Source of the DNA: Trypethelium eluteriae
Lineage: Eukaryota
Direction of reading: 5' to 3'
Assembly (NCBI GenBank): GCA_051942245.1
Contig: JAVECL010000134.1
Span: 1 to 45,763, forward strand
DNA length: 45,763 nt
The stretch's first letter is position 1; each line of letters starts with the position of its first letter. Shown piece after piece: positions 38,694 through 45,763 of the stretch. Position numbers and translations under genes: made by a program. The notes beneath the pieces are model-generated. The model was not told the DNA's origin. It worked only from the letters and a program-made list of their open reading frames with translations, and ran no database searches.

Positions 38694-41600
38694 GTGCAAC
38701 AAAAAAAAAGACGTTGACAAGTGACGTTTGCTGTTGGCTCCATCTCAGCGCCCATTCAATGGTCTCATTATCTCTCTCATCCTGTCCCATCCTACCCCCT
38801 TCCCTTTCCGCCATACTCGGCCACCCAAGTGTATCTTGGCCGTGACTCGCTCCGCTCATCGGCCTTCGCCTGAGCTCTGTCCCTCCGAAGCCCGTAAAAC
38901 CGAAATGGTAAAGGAGACAAGCGAAGGTAGATCACCCCTCGGCTAAGTAGATCCGGAGATCGTCTACTCGACTCAGGCAAAAACCGGCCTACAAACCGCC
39001 TAAAGAGCCTGATGAGCTTATCATCCTCTTCATCACGTCCATCGTGAAAGTGAGGCGTCCCCGAACAGGGCTCTTCCCTACGCCAACACCATGCGTAAGA
39101 AAAACTCCCGACTAGCAAAGGTGCGGCTCTGCTCTGTGCGCCTGCGGGCTGAAAGGGATGTCGCCATCGAGTGGGTGGTAAGCGCGAGGCGCAGCTTCAG
39201 GGAAAAGTAAAACATGCTAAAACATCTGGACCTTGCACTTAAGCAAGCAGCCATTATCCATCATCCATGAAAACTCGCCCACACGAGCTGGGTGGCATGC
39301 CATCAGAGCCAGCAGGCGTGGTGCAGCTGTGGCTGGTGAAGAAACTAATCACGGGGATGCAGCAGGCCTTGCTCAATTTCGATTCGCGATACGGAGTAGA
39401 GCAAAGCAAGGGCTTCTGGGATGCCGTCGCAACTCGTTTCCGGGATTCGAGGCACCACCACCAAGCCAGCACCACCCTGGTCATATTCGCTTGATATCTC
39501 TCGAACAAGTCTAGCTCAGACCCAGCAGCTGTGATCTCCCCGTGCCGTCACTCCGGTGCGTCAAGCAAGCGAGACCCGTCCGCCACGGTTTGAGAGCGAT
39601 GGCGATCCGTCTCACTGGCACTTTACTCCAGCAAATTGAGCTCCATTAATGCGCCAGCGGGGCCGGCAACACTTTGGTGACTTTCGTAGTCGCCGTAATG
39701 TTCGTCGCGCCTGATGCGGAAAGTCCCCAATAATCTGAGGAGAGCAAAAAAGCACTTTCACCACTTTCATCCTTGATCGTTTACGGAGCACATCCTTTCC
39801 CCCTTTCCCCTTGGCGCAAACTCCACCTACCAAACCGGGGCCGACTATCTCTGAGATCGGTCATGTAGGGTCAAGATCGAGGTCCCGTCTTCACACTGCA
39901 ATTCCAAGCCACACCCAACCCATGATGCATACCTTGCCCGGTCCTCCCATCGAGCTGTCATTAACGGCCGTCGTGACATGGGCTTACTAGTAGTGTGTCG
40001 TCTCGGGAGTCGAGCTAGCATGTAGTCACAGCGAGACTCTCGGTTTTAGAACTGCCAGGAGGCAAATCAAGATGGAGATAATTATCATCTCGGTGCCTTC
40101 AAGGTTTTTTTGACGATCAGGGTTGTCCTCCGTACAGTGGCCCTGCTGAATTTGAAATCATCCCTACTAGATCTAGATCAATGTTCGCCATTGAATTGAG
40201 ATTTCATCGACATTACCGGTCTTACTCGAGACCCTGACCAGAGATTTAGTTTAACTCAAAAAACCTCTTGGCAGTCCAGCCTCAGCTTGAGATCTTCTTT
40301 CCCCCGTGAACGGAAGAGCTCCAGGTTTCGGGGCTCGTAATCACGATCCCAGAACGTGCATCATGCAGAACCTAGACAGTCTGAGGGCGGGACTGGAACC
40401 ATGGATCAGGCCCTCGTTTTCACTATCTCCAGCCCACCCCACGTGCACAGTTTTACGCCAATCGTCCAAGTCAATAAACTCAAATCGCTACATAGATACG
40501 GGGCTCCAGAGATCGAGAAACGCTCCATGACATACAAGCCCATCTCTTTTTGCACTCTAGACACCCCGGTGGCGAGCCGCAGAGGAGGTGGTTACGCACT
40601 TGCCAGAGACTCCATCGGCGGCGAGGAGGCGTGCAAAAGCTGGTGCCACAGCCAAGCCGCAGACGCCCACTGGCATGGAGGATGACGACCAGAATCAAAG
40701 GCCACATGGGAATTTTGTGGCTTGCCCGTCCCCCGGCGCCGGCCGCCAGGGAAGATCATGCACTAGTGTGAATCAATCAAACGGTCGCGATGCGCATCCA
40801 TGATTGGTTCGCCTTGTTGTTCGCCTTGTTCATCTCCGTCATTGTCCAGATTTTTACCTCCCACGCCTCCGTTCACCTGAGCGGCTCGTCTCGCAACAGG
40901 AGGCGACTTTCTCCACACGGAGCCTACCTTACGTATTCTGCTGAGTATGTCATGGGGGGGGGCGAAATTTGGGGGCGAACCGAGGAAAGGCTTTTACCAC
41001 CATTATTGGCAGCTCCGTCGCAGTATGTCCATAATTAGCATTCCCAACCTGAGACCCCTCCCTCATACACTGATGCTCCGGGCCATTCGACTGGGTTTGT
41101 ACGGAGGTCATCACGCCTCTTTCAGCAGGCTTTGGTTGATTCATTCTCTCACCGCTGCCACCAAGGGCTTGAAGTCAGCTCGAGATGGAATGCAAGGCAG
41201 GGATGCTGGTGTGACAGCCGAATTGGCAGAGTCCTCCAATAAAGCGCTCGCTCTTGTCCGAGTTACACAAGATCAATCTCGCAGAAATGTTCCGCACATG
41301 ACCCACCTACCCATCTACCGGAATTTTAATCAGAACTCGCTTCAGGATGCCCATGATGGCGGTACTTCGACAAGTGTCACTGGTCGGCCGTTTACCGGGA
41401 CTGGGCAGGTCCCCAATTTGATCGACACTGTAAGAACTAAGGGTAAATTGTTGGGAACATTATGAGCGTGGTGGCTTGAAAAGGTAGGGAATCGACAAAG
41501 GTTTGGTGGTTTGTTGCAAATCTGTCGGAAATTTAATTGAGCCCTCTCTACAGTTAACCTTGCTCGAAACCCAGTAATTCATGGCTTACCAACCCTGCCT

Positions 41601-44296
41601 ATGTAAACTCCAACAGGGTTCGGCGGCAAGTCGCAGTCATCGCAAACGTCTTGGCTGACGCTGTGCTACATGTCGGTCTTCCGTAGCACATGTCGCCGGC
41701 GTTTACGGTCGAGGGGGTAGGAATCACCTGCAGCAAGAAGGTGCATGGAGCAAAAGATTTCTCCGAGTGAAGCTTCATCTGCCAAAGTACCAAAGATCGC
41801 TGGGCTACGGACCAGGGGACCAGTGATGGATTCCATCATGCTCCCATCAAAAAGAACCCCCTTTCACTGTGGAGCATTCCTCAATTGTGTTGCTCATCAC
41901 GGATTGGCTTCGTTTCATCCCTTAAGCACGCTGCAAATGGGTGTGGTCATTGGAGCGAGCCTCATTTGAGAATTCGGCCCGTTTCCGTGTCAACCCCTGG
42001 CGATGGGAGAGGAGAGACTCGTTGTACTGCAGCAGTAGGTTACGCCCGACAGCTGCCAGCACGGCTTTCTTTCCTCGCTGAGCTCACCGAACCTGGTATT
42101 CGGGCCCGGAGACATGCGTAGAATTTTCTTGTTGACTCTTGTGTGAGTTTCTGATTTTTCGTATGTTTAGAGTCTGGATCTTTTTGCCCTCAACGACTCA
42201 CCGACCAGTTTCTGGGCCCTCTGATATGTACGACCACGAAGGTCCCCCCGCGCTGCACCAATTGTAGTCAAGATCGATCTCTCCCAGTCATGAAGTACAC
42301 ACCCATGGTGCTAGAATCGCGACTGCGTCATCTGCTCCTTACATCAACGGGTTTCTCACATTTACCCGGAAGCTAAGACACCAAGAGGTCTTGTCCCGTT
42401 GAGAGGATCGTATCCCAGTTCTGGCTCTGTGTGGGTCGCAGACTCACCCGTCATCTAACTAACCGGGTCTCTTCCTTTCCACTGGCCTCCACGTCGTACG
42501 CAGCGTGGTACTGGAATTTTCCCTACAGATCTGACGTTCTCGTGACCCGGTTTTCGCACCTGACAAACGTGATAACATACTAGGTACCTACATCGTATCA
42601 ACGACTGTGGTCACACAATGTATACCTTCTCATATTCGGCCCTGCGGCCACAACATACCTTCACCACCGGAACTGCAACGCTTACGCAGTCCAGTCTTGG
42701 GTACCTCGACTTTGCAGCAAGGAACGGAACCAGCGATTTGCGGAGCTTTGGGGCAATGGAGGCACACTCAAAGTGACTTGTACAACGATAGAGTCCTCCT
42801 CTGCGAAGGAACGTTGTAATAGTCCCTCCCCTGCCTGCAGCTGCAGCAGCTACCAGCGCGATAACGGATGACCTCCTTCGTCAATATGTCTTATCTCCAT
42901 TTCGCTCCACTCAATACCTTTCCCAAGTTCCAGAGCTTCCCTTACCCAAAGGCACTCTACCGTTTTATGCGCCCACCCGCACCTTTACCGTACCGCCAAG
43001 ATGGGGCACCCGCGACCAGACCTCGTGTTCTAGCAGACCTGCGAATCGCTGCCCCCTTTCACTCAGCACTGCAGAAACGTGCGTTGACGCACTGCATGCT
43101 CCCGAAGAATCACTTTTGTCCCGTACTCTTATGGGAGATATATGAGTAAGTCTGTAGATTGCAGAATCAATGACGATTTGGTACTACTGTTACCATGGAT
43201 TCTTCCGAGAACATACCTACCCGAGAATGCGAGATCGGAGTCTGACGCCACAACGGTCTTAATCCAAGATCGGCGGGATTGTATCCCGGAACCCTGGTCA
43301 TGCAAAGTAAGGACTGCGGGCCGAGCAGTAATTCCTCTCTGAGGAAGTGTAGGTTTTACGTCCAAGGAGGGAATAGCGGTCGTCAATACAGTGAGATTTG
43401 AATGCCAGTTTTTGTCGACAAGTCTTTCCTAAGATGCAATTCCGCATGTGATCCATTTCCTGCGAGGACTCAGGGAGTGATTCGGTCTTGCCACGAAAAG
43501 GGACAAGAGGCTGTGACTTGAGCGGGCGCCTACATGAACATAGTCTGGGTCATTCATGTGGATGGGAAGGTCATCTGGGTCGCACATATTATTCCATCAT
43601 GATTCATAGATCATAACATCACGTGTAGAGATACCATAGGCTAGGATTCAAGGACCAGCGCTGTGCAACATTGGTTTTCTGGAAAGGAGAAACGTCCACA
43701 TCGGATGATCGCACTATCTATGGAACGACCTAACTTATGTCGAAGCTCAAATGTCCGTGAAAGGAGATCACAGCCCCGTTCCACCTTCTTATCATGACTC
43801 TAAGCCAAGTGATGGTGGCAATTGTATAAAGCCAAGGTCAACAGAATTGGAGTTGATAGATGATTTTCTAAGATGCTCTGTTGTGGTTTCGAAATAGGTT
43901 GTAGACGAATTCCTCCATACTCTCCAGCCTATACTAGAGTCAAAGTCGACCAAAAACGTAAACGTCTTTCATGAGTCTGCGATTCAAGCAGACTTAATTT
44001 CATCATGTGAATAAGCCAAGGGACGAGAAGATGGAATTATGGTTAGCAAGCCATGCGTGTCATGTTACTCAGACGTTACAGCGCCAATATTTTGTCCAAT
44101 GGATAGATATCATCCTAAGCAACTTTTGGAGATTCCAGCTCACACTGACTTCCCGAATAGGCGCAGACCCACGTATCTTTTCCTTCTCCTGCTCATGCAG
44201 TTTATTTCTAATCTCTTTCTGGTCGTGCTTAATGTCTTCTCGACGACGTCACGAATCATACGGTGGAAATCCGATAGTCTGAAGTTCATTTCCTAA

Positions 44297-45763
44297 ATGT
44301 CAACCAATTTCACGCCAGGCGTCAATGCAGAACCCAACGCGCCTTGGAGCACTGCGCTTCTAGCCCAGCGAGATGTCTCTCAACAGATTCCAATAAATTT
44401 CGTGACAAATCCTGCAATTTCGCTGACAGCAGCTTGCTTTGGTGAAGGCCGTTATGAGGACGACACGGCTGCGGTCTGTATCTCGAACCTGTTGGCTATC
44501 GGATATAGGCGGCTTCTCCTGGATGTCTACTGGGACGCTCCTCGACATGTTTGGAGTCTGTGTCCAGTCCAAGTTCCGGATTCCAGCAGTGGAAATACGC
44601 CGTTGCCAAGCGCACCAACAATTTTCAGCTCGAGCGACTCCATCTTCTCAGTCCATCTAAGCAACTCTCCCCGCGCAGTTCAGGTGGATGCGTTGGCTGC
44701 CGCTTCCCTTGTCACGACAGACCTAATGATCCGTCAAATGACACCGACTCCGAGTTCGAGTGGAAGTCTCAGTGCATCATTTGGCATGGCATTTAGTTCA
44801 CGACCCATGGAATCTACAAGCTCGAGCAAAGTAGCCACTGCAACGAGTTCGATAGCTCCTTCCGCTTCTGTCATAAACTCTCCAAGTGGACCGTTATATG
44901 AACTTGGGCCCTACTCATGCACTTCGAGTGTACAGCTTCCATTGCTGGCCAAAATAGTAGGCCAGTATTTGGCTGGCTCCCAAACCACGCTGGGAGCATT
45001 CATGCAGTACCTGGAAATCAATTTACATGCCGCTGCATCTCTAGATGATCCAATAGGACCTGCTCTTGCAGTCAATGCTTCGGATCTGCCAACCCCTGGA
45101 AATTTCGTGAGTAACGTTCTGGCCGAGAGTCTTGCCTCTTACCTATATACACCAAGTATTCTATCCTCAGATCGAGGAAACCTCAACGCATCCTGGTACA
45201 GTGTGCAGGAGGAAGACCATTATCCAGACTCGTATTATTTCACCTCTGAAGAGGGTCTTGGAGGTATTCATACCAGCCCAAATGGCTGGCCGTGCGAGGC
45301 TTACGTTGAAATGGACCGCCTGCATCGACTGTTGATCTCATTTGGCTCAATAGACCCAGAGATGAGCGGTTACAACCCTGACGTGGACAGCGCATCTATC
45401 TTCGCGCCTGATTATCTCCAGCAAAATCGTACAACATCTTTTTCGTCCACCGGCCAAATCACGTCCGGTTGCTTCTTCAACCCAAACACGCACAACCTTA
45501 GCCAACTCAACAACTCCTGGGCCTTTAGCGACAACATCAACCTCCCTGCTGATAATCCGTCTGCTCTTACCACAGCCAACATATCCATTTCCAACCTCAC
45601 TTCATGCGGCATCTCCCCCCTTCTAACCGACCCCATCCTCAATTCCACCGCCTCTACCGCCTCCAACACCACCTCGCTCCCCTCCTACGCCTCTCTCGCC
45701 TACTCCACAATCTGGTCCTGGGCCCCCCTCGAACCCGCCAACTCCTCCCTCTCATCCCCGTAC
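44297..45763 (+). CDS. MTC6: MTC6-like (maintenance of telomere capping 6) glycoprotein, 3'-partial
   Basis: The frame appears open to the window end, so it is missing from the ORF track. It reads MSTNFTP...LAQRDVSQQIPINFVTNPAISLTAACF...CISNLLAIGYRRLLLDVYWD...WSLCPV, then a Ser-rich linker, GWP, CGISPLL and WSWAP-EP. Confidence 0.8.
   Translation, partial: MSTNFTPGVNAEPNAPWSTALLAQRDVSQQIPINFVTNPAISLTAACFGEGRYEDDTAAVCISNLLAIGYRRLLLDVYWDAPRHVWSLCPVQVPDSSSGNTPLPSAPTIFSSSDSIFSVHLSNSPRAVQVDALAAASLVTTDLMIRQMTPTPSSSGSLSASFGMAFSSRPMESTSSSKVATATSSIAPSASVINSPSGPLYELGPYSCTSSVQLPLLAKIVGQYLAGSQTTLGAFMQYLEINLHAAASLDDPIGPALAVNASDLPTPGNFVSNVLAESLASYLYTPSILSSDRGNLNASWYSVQEEDHYPDSYYFTSEEGLGGIHTSPNGWPCEAYVEMDRLHRLLISFGSIDPEMSGYNPDVDSASIFAPDYLQQNRTTSFSSTGQITSGCFFNPNTHNLSQLNNSWAFSDNINLPADNPSALTTANISISNLTSCGISPLLTDPILNSTASTASNTTSLPSYASLAYSTIWSWAPLEPANSSLSSPY

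Overview
Eukaryotic, intron-rich DNA from a filamentous ascomycete (Pezizomycotina-type GT-AG introns with CTRAY branch points). A conserved signalling block (AVL9, HOG1 MAPK, class III G-alpha) is followed by an accessory-looking 14 kb stretch. That stretch holds an alpha/beta hydrolase, a 2OG-Fe(II) dioxygenase, a Zn2Cys6 transcription factor, an SDR, a fungal AAA+ ATPase, an SRPK-like kinase and a small spliced orphan gene. Phospholipase D, a FlbD-type Myb factor flanked by long non-coding regions, and the 5' part of an MTC6-like gene follow. The most notable oddities are an in-frame stop in the hydrolase that is best bridged by an ATAAGT...AC (U2-type AT-AC) intron, an SDR lacking its catalytic Tyr, a backbone-less four-gene regulated cluster, and a 106-aa gene only half seen by the ORF track. 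I recognised no RNA genes, transposons or CRISPR arrays. All family calls come from motif recognition by eye, not from database searches.
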